Source: a bacterium
Lineage (GTDB): Bacteria; Electryoneota; Electryoneia; Electryoneales; Electryoneaceae
NCBI GenBank assembly: GCA_043801585.1
Contig: JAZDLX010000207.1
Span: forward strand, 1 to 15,303
DNA length: 15,303 bases
Direction: 5' to 3'
The translations under genes and the position numbers were made by a program. Shown here piece by piece: positions 1 through 8,201 of the stretch (positions are counted from its first letter, which is position 1; every line of letters begins with the position of its first letter). The notes below the pieces were generated by a model. It was not told the origin of the DNA and made no database searches. It saw only the letters and a program-made list of their open reading frames with translations.

Positions 1-1
1 C

Positions 2-247
2 ACTCCCGGCTTCATCGGGGATTTCACAGTGGACACGACCCTCTGGGTTCCACTGCACGTCACAGGCCATCCCAGCGAACCGCCGAAACACATCAAGAGC
101 CTCGAGATGGATATGGCATTCGAACCGGACATCAACGGCGCGAATCTGGTGCGTAACGTTACCTCCCAAATTGAAGCGTCCTTCCTGCTTCTGAAATTCT
201 ACATGCGTATCGAGCAGGAATTCAGCGATTTTCATCGCGCGAATTAG
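2..247 (+). CDS. Hypothetical protein, C-terminal part (5' end outside window)
   Basis: Frame 2 is open from the window edge (TPGFIGDFTVDTTLWVP...FYMRIEQEFSDFHRAN*) to TAG at 245-247. The alternating beta-strand-like pattern suggests a real protein. No family recognised. Confidence 0.65.
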   Translation, partial: TPGFIGDFTVDTTLWVPLHVTGHPSEPPKHIKSLEMDMAFEPDINGANLVRNVTSQIEASFLLLKFYMRIEQEFSDFHRAN

Positions 248-289
248 CATGTTTGTGAGCTGCCTGCGCTGAAAAACTTACAGTAGTGT

Positions 290-312
290 GTAGCCCGGGG
301 ACGCTTCCCCGG
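290..312 (+). repeat. GTAG-type REP palindrome
   Basis: GTAG-C-CCGGGGA-cgct-TCCCCGG. Same layout as copies at 10842-10867, 14700-14724 and 14735-14758. Confidence 0.6.
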
Positions 313-344
313 AGAAGAAAAGGCCCGGACAGGCATGTCCGGGC
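313..344 (-). terminator. Rho-independent terminator of the aspartase gene
   Basis: 9-bp stem GCCCGGACA(323-331)/TGTCCGGGC(336-344) with a 4-nt loop, followed on the minus strand by CTTTTCTTCT. It lies 66 nt downstream of the aspA stop. Confidence 0.75.
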
Positions 345-410
345 TGCTGAACTCAAAGAGCTACCGCCTGCGGCGTCAGGATGAAACACAAATCCAGTTT
401 TACCCATTCA

Positions 411-2294
411 TTAATGGTCGTTTTTCTTCGTCAGTTTGTGCGGGCGGATCATGTTCTCCGGTTTCAGCAGGTCGTTCAGCTCCTCTTCCGTCATCAACTC
501 TTTCTCCAGCACCAGGTCGTAGAGGCTGCGGTCAGTTTCGAGGGCCTCCATCGCCAATTTGGTGCAGGTTTCGTACCCCAGCGCCGGGTTCAGCGCGGTC
601 ACCAGGCCGATGCTGTTCAACGCCAGCTCGCGGCAACGTTTTTCGTTTGCGGTGATTCCCTCGATGCACCGTGAACGGAGGGTGACCATCGCGTTCGAGA
701 GCATGTCGATGGATTCGAACAGGCTCTGCACGATCACCGGTTCCATCACGTTCAATTCGAGCTGTCCTGCCTCGGCGCCCATCGTCACCGTCAGGTCGTT
801 CCCGATCACCTTGAAGGCCACCTGGTTTACCACTTCCGGGATCACCGGGTTCACCTTGCCGGGCATGATCGACGAACCGGGCTGCATCTTCGGCAGGTTG
901 ATCTCTCCGAAACCGGCTCGAGGACCGCTGGAGAGCAGGCGCAGGTCGTTCGAAATTTTCGAGAGTTTCACCGCCATCCGTTTCAGCGCGCTGGAGAACA
1001 TGACGAAGGCGCCGGTGTCCTGCGTGGCTTCCACGAGGTTCGGGGCGAGTTTCAGGTCGAGTCCGGTCACTGCGCGAAGATGGCGCAGGACTGTGGGTGG
1101 GTATTTTGGGTCGGCGTTGATGCCGGTTCCGATGGCGGTGCCGCCCATGTTGATCTCGAGGAACAGGGCGGCGTTCTGCTCCAGCCGGTCGATCTCCTCG
1201 GAGAGGGTCGCGGCCCAGGCGTCGAATTCCTGCCCGAGGGTCATCGGCACCGCGTCCTGAAGCTGGGTCCGTCCCATCTTGATGATGTGAGCGAACTCCT
1301 CTCCTTTTCTCCGAAAAGCGTCGATCAGTTCACGGAGAACATCAACCAGTTTTCGGCTGCTGGCGATGAGGGCGATCTTCATTGCCGTGGGGTAGGCATC
1401 GTTGGTGGACTGCGAGAGGTTGACGTGGCTGTTCGGGTGGCAGTGTTCGTAGTCGCCCTTTTCGTACCCGAGGATTTCGAGGGAGCGGTTCGCGATCACC
1501 TCGTTGGCGTTCATGTTGCTGCTCGTGCCGGCGCCGCCCTGGATCAGGTCCACGGTGAAATGGATGTGGAAGCGGCCGCCGATGATCTCCTCGCATGACC
1601 GAACGATCGCGTTTTTAATTTTTCCATCGAGCAGGCCGAGATCATGATTTGCCATTGCAGCGGCCTGTTTCACCCGCGCCAGCGCGTTGATCAGGCAGGG
1701 GTGATGGAACAGCGGAATACCGCTGATGGCAAAATTCTCCATTGCCCGCAAGGTTTGTACGCCATAATACGCTTCGTAGGGAACCTGCCGTTCCCCGAGC
1801 AGGTCATGTTCGGTGCGGGTGCGTCCTGAGATGTATTGTACGGCGGCGTTGACCACCTGGGTGCTGGTCTGGCGCATGCGGCGACTGATGACCCGCGCGA
1901 TGCTGGAGAGAATGCGCCCCGCGGTTTCCGGATGATCGATGAAAAGGCGCTGGAAATCCTCGCGCGGGATTGTCAGCAGGCTGGTTTTTTCGAGGGCGCG
2001 GGCGGAGGTATTGTGGGGGTAGTCGTCCATCAACGACCCCTCGCCGAGAAAATCGCCGGGACCGAAGATTGCGAGACGATTTTCCTCACCGTCCAAGCCG
2101 GTCTTGAAAAGTTCCACCTGGCCTTCGCGAATCAGGAAAAGACTGCGGCGGGGTGTGTTTTCCTCGAAAAGCATCTCTTCCGGGGAAACGACACGCTCGA
2201 TTAACCGCTCAGCGATCCAGCCCAACTCTTCATGGCCAAGGTTGTGAAAAAGCTCGATGCCCGAAATGAACGTATGACGGGTGTTGTCGTCCAT
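411..2294 (-). CDS. aspA: Aspartate ammonia-lyase with N-terminal cyclic-nucleotide-binding (CAP_ED-like) domain, 627 aa
   Basis: Fumarase/aspartase signature GSSIMPGKVNP, plus GRTQLQDAVPMTLGQEF, YYGVQTLRA and QSTND. The N-terminal ~140 aa resemble a cNMP-binding fold (LFLIREGQVELFK...GPGDFLGEGSL). Start set at ATG 2294, which follows GGAGGA (2298-2303). Confidence 0.93.
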   Translation of the reverse strand: MDDNTRHTFISGIELFHNLGHEELGWIAERLIERVVSPEEMLFEENTPRRSLFLIREGQVELFKTGLDGEENRLAIFGPGDFLGEGSLMDDYPHNTSARALEKTSLLTIPREDFQRLFIDHPETAGRILSSIARVISRRMRQTSTQVVNAAVQYISGRTRTEHDLLGERQVPYEAYYGVQTLRAMENFAISGIPLFHHPCLINALARVKQAAAMANHDLGLLDGKIKNAIVRSCEEIIGGRFHIHFTVDLIQGGAGTSSNMNANEVIANRSLEILGYEKGDYEHCHPNSHVNLSQSTNDAYPTAMKIALIASSRKLVDVLRELIDAFRRKGEEFAHIIKMGRTQLQDAVPMTLGQEFDAWAATLSEEIDRLEQNAALFLEINMGGTAIGTGINADPKYPPTVLRHLRAVTGLDLKLAPNLVEATQDTGAFVMFSSALKRMAVKLSKISNDLRLLSSGPRAGFGEINLPKMQPGSSIMPGKVNPVIPEVVNQVAFKVIGNDLTVTMGAEAGQLELNVMEPVIVQSLFESIDMLSNAMVTLRSRCIEGITANEKRCRELALNSIGLVTALNPALGYETCTKLAMEALETDRSLYDLVLEKELMTEEELNDLLKPENMIRPHKLTKKNDH

Positions 2295-2335
2295 GATTCC
2301 TCCAGAGCTCCGTCCGGCATCCGCCGGGAGTGGGT

Positions 2336-2364
2336 AACGTAGCGTTTGTGCAAGCACCGGACAA
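2336..2364 (-). promoter_or_regulatory. Putative sigma-70 promoter of aspA
   Basis: Minus strand TTGTCC-17 nt-TACGTT, located between the upstream terminator and the aspA RBS. Confidence 0.4.
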
Positions 2365-2381
2365 GTTCAGGACGTGAGATG

Positions 2382-2410
2382 AAAAGCCCCGCCATGGCTG
2401 GCAGGGCTTT
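2382..2410 (-). terminator. Rho-independent terminator of the GWxTD gene
   Basis: Minus strand AAAGCCCTGCCA-gcca-TGGCGGGGCTTTT. One G-U pair forms only on the minus strand. It lies 26 nt after the stop. Confidence 0.7.
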
Positions 2411-2436
2411 GATGATACGGGGTGCGAATCATCCAG

Positions 2437-3945
2437 TTACCGGCCGATCCCGGTGTTGTCATTGATGTCCCCTGCGTTGACGCCGGTTGTTGCGCCCGAG
2501 GAGGATTGCACAAATAGCTCCCGTTCGCGCCATCCGGGTGCATAGAGTTCATCGTGCTTGGTCGAGTGAACGAGCGAATAGAGACTCACATCGTTACGAT
2601 CGACGAAGACGAAGATGACTCCGCCTTCGAGATGCGGATACTCCCAGATCTGGTACGCGTGAGCTTTTGCGGGTTCGATGCCGTGGTCTTCGATATAATC
2701 CGGCGGTCCGTATTTCAAGTAGACACGGCCGCGATCCCGCTTCCACCCGGGTTGTCCCATCACCCTGCCAAAGGATTCGTTTACATAGGCCAACCGTTGC
2801 AGGAATTGCTGGCGGAATTCATTTGTCGCCGTGGTTGTGTCCGGGTCAAGTGCGGTGTAGATCTGAGTGAGGAGGATTCGCTGTTTTTGCGGATCGACAA
2901 TCCTTCGCATCATTTTCTGTTGCGCGATGGGAAGCAGGTACTGGATCGCCTGGAATTCTCTTGCGGCATTGTCATCGCTGGTGGAGTCCGGGTTCAGGCC
3001 GGTCCGTTCCATCGCCACCAGGTCCTCCCTGTATTCAAGCCGTTTGATCGCCAGTGGGCGTGATGCAACGGCGGAATCTCCACTCGCTTTGTCGACGATA
3101 AGCATTTGCAGTCTGTAGTCTCCGGCTTCGATTCCCGTCAGGTCGATTTCACCCCATACGGACAAGTCGGATTCGGAATTTCGTCCGGTGATGACCGGAG
3201 GGCGAAGTTTGACGACCCCTTTGCTGTCAAAGAGCACTGGTTGCACGGTGTGATAGGCTTTCCTGTCACGAAGGAGGTTATAGATTTCCAGGTACCAGTG
3301 GAGCTGTTCACGTCCGTCGCCGAAGGTCGATTCTGCGTCCGGAATGACCGTCATCCCGCGGAAATTGTACTCCACCTGGTTCGGGGTGTCCTGGTTGATG
3401 TACGACGCAAACAGAATGTCGCTCAGTTGCAGACCGACATTTGTGTAATAGCCGACTGAAACATCCCTGGTGACTTCCTCGTAACGGTGTCCCACGAGGT
3501 CCACCACACGTACACAAATGGTAAATTGGCCGGGAGGCGTACCGAAGCGTGCAATTTCGGGTATGCGGACGTTGGATTTCCTCTCGGCCGCATTTTTCGA
3601 CCAGTCACGGCGTTTCCAGTTATCGTGGGCAAGTTGCTGGTCGCCCTGGCGAACGTTGAAACAGATTTCGTAAACCGCCTCAACCCCTTCCTCTTCATCA
3701 GTCTGAGTGGCAAGCGCATCACGCTCCACAAGCGCATCGATCTGAAGCATGCTCATGCTCTCGTTGTACTTCATCAGTGCAACGTCAAAGAGGACAATGC
3801 CCGGCACTCGCGTGAAACCGCTCGTGTCGACCATGGAACCGTTCTGTTCGGCATCGGTTTGTGCGACTGTTCTCGCGGGCGTGAACTGAATGAAAAGAAA
3901 CAGCGCGGTGAAAAAAACAAACGGAATCTTGTTACTGCTATTCAT
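2437..3945 (-). CDS. Secreted GWxTD domain-containing protein, 502 aa
   Basis: C-terminal motif DPDTTTATNEF...RLAYVNESF...GWKRDRGRVYLKYGPPD...YQIWEY...FVFVD is typical of the GWxTD domain. Hydrophobic N-terminal signal peptide. ATG 3945 is preceded by AAAGGGGGA. Confidence 0.88.
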   Translation of the reverse strand: MNSSNKIPFVFFTALFLFIQFTPARTVAQTDAEQNGSMVDTSGFTRVPGIVLFDVALMKYNESMSMLQIDALVERDALATQTDEEEGVEAVYEICFNVRQGDQQLAHDNWKRRDWSKNAAERKSNVRIPEIARFGTPPGQFTICVRVVDLVGHRYEEVTRDVSVGYYTNVGLQLSDILFASYINQDTPNQVEYNFRGMTVIPDAESTFGDGREQLHWYLEIYNLLRDRKAYHTVQPVLFDSKGVVKLRPPVITGRNSESDLSVWGEIDLTGIEAGDYRLQMLIVDKASGDSAVASRPLAIKRLEYREDLVAMERTGLNPDSTSDDNAAREFQAIQYLLPIAQQKMMRRIVDPQKQRILLTQIYTALDPDTTTATNEFRQQFLQRLAYVNESFGRVMGQPGWKRDRGRVYLKYGPPDYIEDHGIEPAKAHAYQIWEYPHLEGGVIFVFVDRNDVSLYSLVHSTKHDELYAPGWRERELFVQSSSGATTGVNAGDINDNTGIGR

Positions 3946-4344
3946 GAAATCCCCCTTTGGCATAGACAGCAAGGATGAAGTCGGGAAGTGGGATTAAGGG
4001 GTCCTGAACTCTCCTCGCCGATTTAAGTCCCGGCACAGAAATATATGTATCAGCACCATCCATTGGACGAACGACCCCCGGGTGTTGAACGATGGGCTTT
4101 CCTGCGGAGACGATTCGTAACGCGATGCCTCCGCCGGGTTGGTCTGTGTCGCACACCAGGTGACGCCGACGCCGGAGGTGTGATTTCATCGTATTTTACA
4201 AAACGCACAGTATTAAATTGCACGATCCTGCTTGAGCAATCAGAACGGCCGTTTTCGTTCCTCACGCTACCACTGGAAACCGGCTTCGGCCAGCGATTTA
4301 TCGGTCCTGTCGGCGTTTCGCCGCAAGGATACCCTCTGCGAAAT

Positions 4345-4360
4345 TGCAAGAACCATGCCG
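4345..4360 (-). promoter_or_regulatory. Sigma-54 (-24/-12) promoter
   Basis: Minus strand CGGCATGGTTCTTGCA matches YGGCAYR-N4-TTGCW with exact GG-N10-GC spacing. Predicted TSS near 4334. Confidence 0.75.
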
Positions 4361-4374
4361 TTCCGGAGCAAGTG

Positions 4375-4410
4375 CAACTTATTGATTTTTAAAAACAAAT
4401 ATTATTTATT
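4375..4410 (-). promoter_or_regulatory. IHF binding site
   Basis: Minus strand AATCAATAAGTTG (4387-4375) is a perfect WATCAA-N4-TTR with an adjacent A/T tract (4388-4410). It sits at about -41 to -53 from the sigma-54 TSS. Confidence 0.7.
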
Positions 4411-4430
4411 CCTACAGGAGTGAAGGATTG

Positions 4431-4475
4431 GTGTTCAACTTCGAACACTCGTTGTATCGAACACGTACATGTTCG
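4431..4475. promoter_or_regulatory. Putative enhancer-binding-protein upstream activating sequences
   Basis: Palindrome GTGTTC-N6-GAACAC (4431-4448, containing TGT-N10-ACA), a second palindrome CGAACA-N6-TGTTCG (4458-4475), and direct repeat TCGAACAC at 4441 and 4457. All lie about 100-140 bp upstream of the TSS. Confidence 0.55.
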
Positions 4476-4541
4476 CAGCTCACCGCTTAGGTATATTTCA
4501 CAAGTGGATTGACCGATCACGCGATTTTTCCGGGAGGTCGG

Positions 4542-5558
4542 ATGCGGGGGCAAGTCACCACACTTCTGCTCGCAGTGATCCTGTTCACCGGCTGCGGCAA
4601 GAGGAACGGCACGAAGCATTTCACGCCCTATCCCTGGGAGAAGGGTTTGAAACCCGGTCAGGTGTCACTACTTGGCGCTTCGGTTCTTTCCACGGGTGGA
4701 TTTGAACTGAACGCCAGCCTTAACGAAGACGGGCGGGAAATCTGGATCACCCGGGCGGGTGGCGGGACCTTTGATGACGACATGACCATCCTGAGTTCCT
4801 CCTGGGACGACAACAAAGGGTGGAGTGCTCCCGTCGTTGCTCCCTTTTCCGGCACCTATGTCGATGCGGACCCCTTCCTGACACGGGACGGGAAACGGCT
4901 CTATTTTTCCTCGAAACGGACCGAAGACGGCCGTTCCAAGGGCGATTTCGATATCTGGTATGTGGATCGTGTGAAGGATGGCTGGGGGGAGCCGGTTCGT
5001 CTGCCGGAGCCAATCAATTCCGACGAGCACGATGTTTCACCCTGGATCGTGGATGACGGCACTCTCTGGTTTGCGTCTCGCCGTGAGGGCGGCGAGGGAG
5101 ATTACGACATCTGGTACGCCTTGAAACGTGGTGATGGATTCAGCGACCCGATCAATGCCGGGCCTGCGATCAACAGCATTGGCACGGAGGTGGATGTTTG
5201 TCTCTCCCGCAATGCAACGCTGATGATCTTTGCCTCGCAGGATCAGCCGATTCATTTTGGTTCCGGAGATCTTTACCTGATGCTGCGTGGTCACGACGGG
5301 GGGTGGATCGGACCCTACAACCTCGGCCAGCCGGTCAACAGCGACGGCATGGAGTGCTGCCCGGCTCTCGGTCCCAACGACCGTATTCTGCTGTTCACCA
5401 GCACTCGTTCACTGGGGCACGGTTTCGTGCCTCCGTCCGGTGAGCAAGGGGCTGAACAGGTGAAACTTCCTGACATCCCCGGCAATGGACTCGGCGATCT
5501 TTACATCGTCGATCTGCTTACATTGCCGGTCATTCAGGAGATCGGCTGGTCACCCTAA
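4542..5558 (+). CDS. PD40 (WD40-like/TolB-type beta-propeller) repeat lipoprotein, 338 aa
   Basis: Lipobox LFTGC after a hydrophobic stretch. Repeats of the type DADPFLTRDGKRLYFSSKR, DVSPWIVDDGTLWFASRREGG.GDYDIW and ECCPALGPNDRILLFTSTR. ATG 4542 follows GGGAGG. Confidence 0.88.
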   Translation: MRGQVTTLLLAVILFTGCGKRNGTKHFTPYPWEKGLKPGQVSLLGASVLSTGGFELNASLNEDGREIWITRAGGGTFDDDMTILSSSWDDNKGWSAPVVAPFSGTYVDADPFLTRDGKRLYFSSKRTEDGRSKGDFDIWYVDRVKDGWGEPVRLPEPINSDEHDVSPWIVDDGTLWFASRREGGEGDYDIWYALKRGDGFSDPINAGPAINSIGTEVDVCLSRNATLMIFASQDQPIHFGSGDLYLMLRGHDGGWIGPYNLGQPVNSDGMECCPALGPNDRILLFTSTRSLGHGFVPPSGEQGAEQVKLPDIPGNGLGDLYIVDLLTLPVIQEIGWSP

Positions 5559-7568
5559 GGTGCGCTGGACGGCATCGATGATATGGATCAGCTCGTTGTA
5601 GGTGTAGGGCTTCTGAAGGAAGGCGTTGAACCCAAGTTCATCGAACCGGTTGTGAGCCTCTTTTTCGTTGTATCCGCTGCTGAGGATGATCGGCGCCTTG
5701 CACCCCAGTCGAACCAGCTTGCGAGCGACCTCGTCACCGTTCATCCGAGGCATCATCAGATCGAGCAGAATCGCCGTAAATTGCTTGTCCTTCGTAATGA
5801 TCCGGGTCGCCTCTTCTCCATCCTTCGCAACCACGACAGTGTGTCCCGCTCGTTCCAGCAACGCCTTGGCAACCATGCGTACAGCTTCCTCGTCATCGAC
5901 AACCAGGATCCGTCCCGCTTTCAAGGGAAGCGAGGTTGTGACCGCTGGTGCTTCCGCAGTTGGCGCAGCCTGTCGTGACAACGCGGGGAAAAGAGCCCTG
6001 AACCGTGTGCCTCGTCCAAACGAGCTGTTTACCTCGAGGGCGGCATGGAGGCTTCTGACAATTCCGAACACCACGGCGAGGCCAAGGCCGCGCCCCGTAA
6101 ACTTGGTCGTGAAGAAGGGGTCGAAAATCCGCTCCAGCGTTCTCTCATCCATTCCGATTCCGGTATCCTCGACGACCAGTTCGACAAACGTCCCGGGTTG
6201 AGCCTTCGCCCCGAACTTCATTTTATCGAGCTCGCCTCGATTCGCTTCGACTTTTCGAAGCTGCAGGGTGACCGTTCCAATCTCATCGCCCAGCGCCTCC
6301 GCGGCGTTGATCATCAGGTTCATCACAAGCTGGTTGATTTGTGATACATCCGCCAGGACGGCTGGAAGACCGGATTGAAGGTCGAGGATGAAACGGGCTT
6401 TTTTCGGGAGGCTGGACTCCAACAGGCTGACCATCTCCTCGATCGTTGCCGCGAGATCGATTTCCCGAATCTGAAAATGGCCTTTGCCCGCATAGGCAAG
6501 CATCTGGTTGGTCAGGTCCGCAGCACGTTTTGCCGAGCGAAAGATGGTTTGCGCGAGTTCATACGCGGGGGTGTTCTCTGGTATTTCATCGAGTAAAAGC
6601 GACGCCGATCCGAGAATCCCGACGAGAAGATTGTTGAAATCGTGAGCGATCCCTCCGGCGAGCAGGCCAAGACTTTCGAGCCTCTGGGATTCGCGTAGCC
6701 GGTCCTCAAGTTCCTTCTTCTCCTGTTCAGCCCTTTTGCGTTCACGGATGTCGCGAGTCACCGACATGATGACGTTACGATTCTGAATCGTAAACAGATG
6801 TGAATTGACCTCAACGGGGATGATTTCGCCGGATTTCGCCCGCTGGACAGTCTCGTAGGTGATACGCTCTCCAAGCATCAGCTTCTTAACCATATCTGGA
6901 ATCAGATGCTGCATCTCACGGGTAATCAGATCGACCGGGGTCATCTTCAACATTTCGCTGCGCGTATAGCCGGTCATCCTCAGAGCGATATCGTTGACTT
7001 CAATACAACGTCCGGGTTCCCCGTCGGAATTGACTTCCCACAGATAGATTGCATCCGAGGTGTTGTGGAACAGGCGTCGGTAACGCTCCTCGCTGAGAAT
7101 GATGACTTCCTCGGCACGCTTGATCTCAGTCAGGTCGGAGAGCACCCCCCGCAGCCCGCAGAAGACCCCTTCTTGGATAATTGACAGGATGCTCGCGCGT
7201 ACCCAGCGCCGCTCGCCGTTTCTAATGCGGATTCGGAAAATGGCTGGAGACACCTGTTCGCCATGGCTCAGTCGCTCGAAGCGGCGGACCACCTCCGCCC
7301 GGTCTTCGAGGAGCACGAAGCGCAGGAAGGGACGATTGAGGAACATCTCGGGAGTGTACCCCGAGAGGGTGCGAACCGCTCCGCTCAGGAAACGGATGAT
7401 GCCCCGGTTATCAAGAACGAAGACGGTTTCCTGCAATGAATCAAGGAGGGTTTCGGCTGAAACGAGAAGAGAGGATTCTATCTCACGTTCACTTGGATGA
7501 TGGAGGGAATCCGTAATGACGGCGGAACTGTTGGGAAAATCATTCTGTGTTGTGCTTCCAGATTCCAT
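5550..7568 (-). CDS. Cytoplasmic PAS-PAS hybrid sensor histidine kinase/response regulator (CckA-like architecture), 672 aa
   Basis: Two PAS/PAC domains; H-box LAGGIAHDFNNLL; N-box QLVMNLMINAAEA; G1 DTGIGM; F/G2 FDPFFTTKFTGRGLGL; receiver ILVVDDE...LDLMMP...LSSG...FLQKPY. No transmembrane segment seen. Confidence 0.93.
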   Translation of the reverse strand: MESGSTTQNDFPNSSAVITDSLHHPSEREIESSLLVSAETLLDSLQETVFVLDNRGIIRFLSGAVRTLSGYTPEMFLNRPFLRFVLLEDRAEVVRRFERLSHGEQVSPAIFRIRIRNGERRWVRASILSIIQEGVFCGLRGVLSDLTEIKRAEEVIILSEERYRRLFHNTSDAIYLWEVNSDGEPGRCIEVNDIALRMTGYTRSEMLKMTPVDLITREMQHLIPDMVKKLMLGERITYETVQRAKSGEIIPVEVNSHLFTIQNRNVIMSVTRDIRERKRAEQEKKELEDRLRESQRLESLGLLAGGIAHDFNNLLVGILGSASLLLDEIPENTPAYELAQTIFRSAKRAADLTNQMLAYAGKGHFQIREIDLAATIEEMVSLLESSLPKKARFILDLQSGLPAVLADVSQINQLVMNLMINAAEALGDEIGTVTLQLRKVEANRGELDKMKFGAKAQPGTFVELVVEDTGIGMDERTLERIFDPFFTTKFTGRGLGLAVVFGIVRSLHAALEVNSSFGRGTRFRALFPALSRQAAPTAEAPAVTTSLPLKAGRILVVDDEEAVRMVAKALLERAGHTVVVAKDGEEATRIITKDKQFTAILLDLMMPRMNGDEVARKLVRLGCKAPIILSSGYNEKEAHNRFDELGFNAFLQKPYTYNELIHIIDAVQRTLG

Positions 7569-7700
7569 ATGCTTCCCGTGCAGTTCCGTTCGAAAGGGCT
7601 ACAGTTCAGTAAAGATTGGACATGGAACGGCAGGGATCAAGACACGATGGAGTCTTGCATTCCTTGATCAACGTGCGGACTCCACGGTGAAACGCCGGTT

Positions 7701-8201
7701 TTATTTCAGGTCAAGCCCGCCGGACAACGCTCCTTCATGCTCAAGCAACCACCGTTTCCGTTCGATCCCGCTGGCGTACCCGACGAGGGCTCCCGACGAT
7801 CCGATGACACGGTGGCAGGGGAGGATAATGGCAATCGGATTGGTGCCGTTGGCGGCGCCGACCGCGCGTGATGCGTTGGGATTTCCCATGCGGCGAGCCT
7901 GTTCGCCATAGCTGATTGTCTGTCCGTAGGGAATGGTCTGCAACACTTTCCAGACCTTGCACTGGAATTCTGTGCCCTCCGGCATCACCTTCAAATCGAA
8001 ATCCCGGCGTTTTCCCGCAAAATATTCCTTCAGTTGGCGCACGACATGCACGCAACGCTTGTCGTTCCGGACGGCGTTGCCGACATCGGGACGGTTCCTG
8101 TTCCGTGTTTCGGCGAAATCGAGATGGGTCAGGGCTCCCTGTTCGTCGAGGACGATCAACAAGGAACCGAGGGGTGAATTCATGCTGGTCCAGTAGTTCA
8201 T
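7701..8201 (-). CDS. ogt: Methylated-DNA--protein-cysteine S-methyltransferase
   Basis: GTEFQ..VW..L..IPYGQTISY, ASRAVGAANGTNPIAIILPCHRVIG (active-site PCHR) and KRWLLEHE. The start overlaps the upstream stop (ATGA, 8198-8201). Confidence 0.96.
   Translation of the reverse strand: MNYWTSMNSPLGSLLIVLDEQGALTHLDFAETRNRNRPDVGNAVRNDKRCVHVVRQLKEYFAGKRRDFDLKVMPEGTEFQCKVWKVLQTIPYGQTISYGEQARRMGNPNASRAVGAANGTNPIAIILPCHRVIGSSGALVGYASGIERKRWLLEHEGALSGGLDLK

Noticed and set aside
559..1598. 233-aa and 172-aa + strand ORFs opposite aspA
   Set aside because: Antisense shadows of a conserved enzyme gene.
4255..4340. Resemblance of the minus strand (CGCAGAGGG...GAAA...GGAC...GGCCGAAG...GGTAGCG) to a c-di-GMP-I (GEMM) riboswitch
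   Set aside because: The conserved GGCAAA and GACGCAAAG segments are missing, GAAA is not closed as a GNRA tetraloop, and the predicted sigma-54 TSS would cut off the 5' strand of P1. An Rfam cmsearch would settle it.
3938..4423. Short ORFs (63-115 aa) in the GWxTD/PD40 intergenic region
   Set aside because: They overlap each other, lack convincing RBSs or motifs, and several overlap the promoter elements.
4458..4475. GAAC...GTTC as a Gram-positive-type LexA (Cheo) box
   Set aside because: The spacer is 8 nt rather than 4, and the site is better explained as part of the enhancer region.
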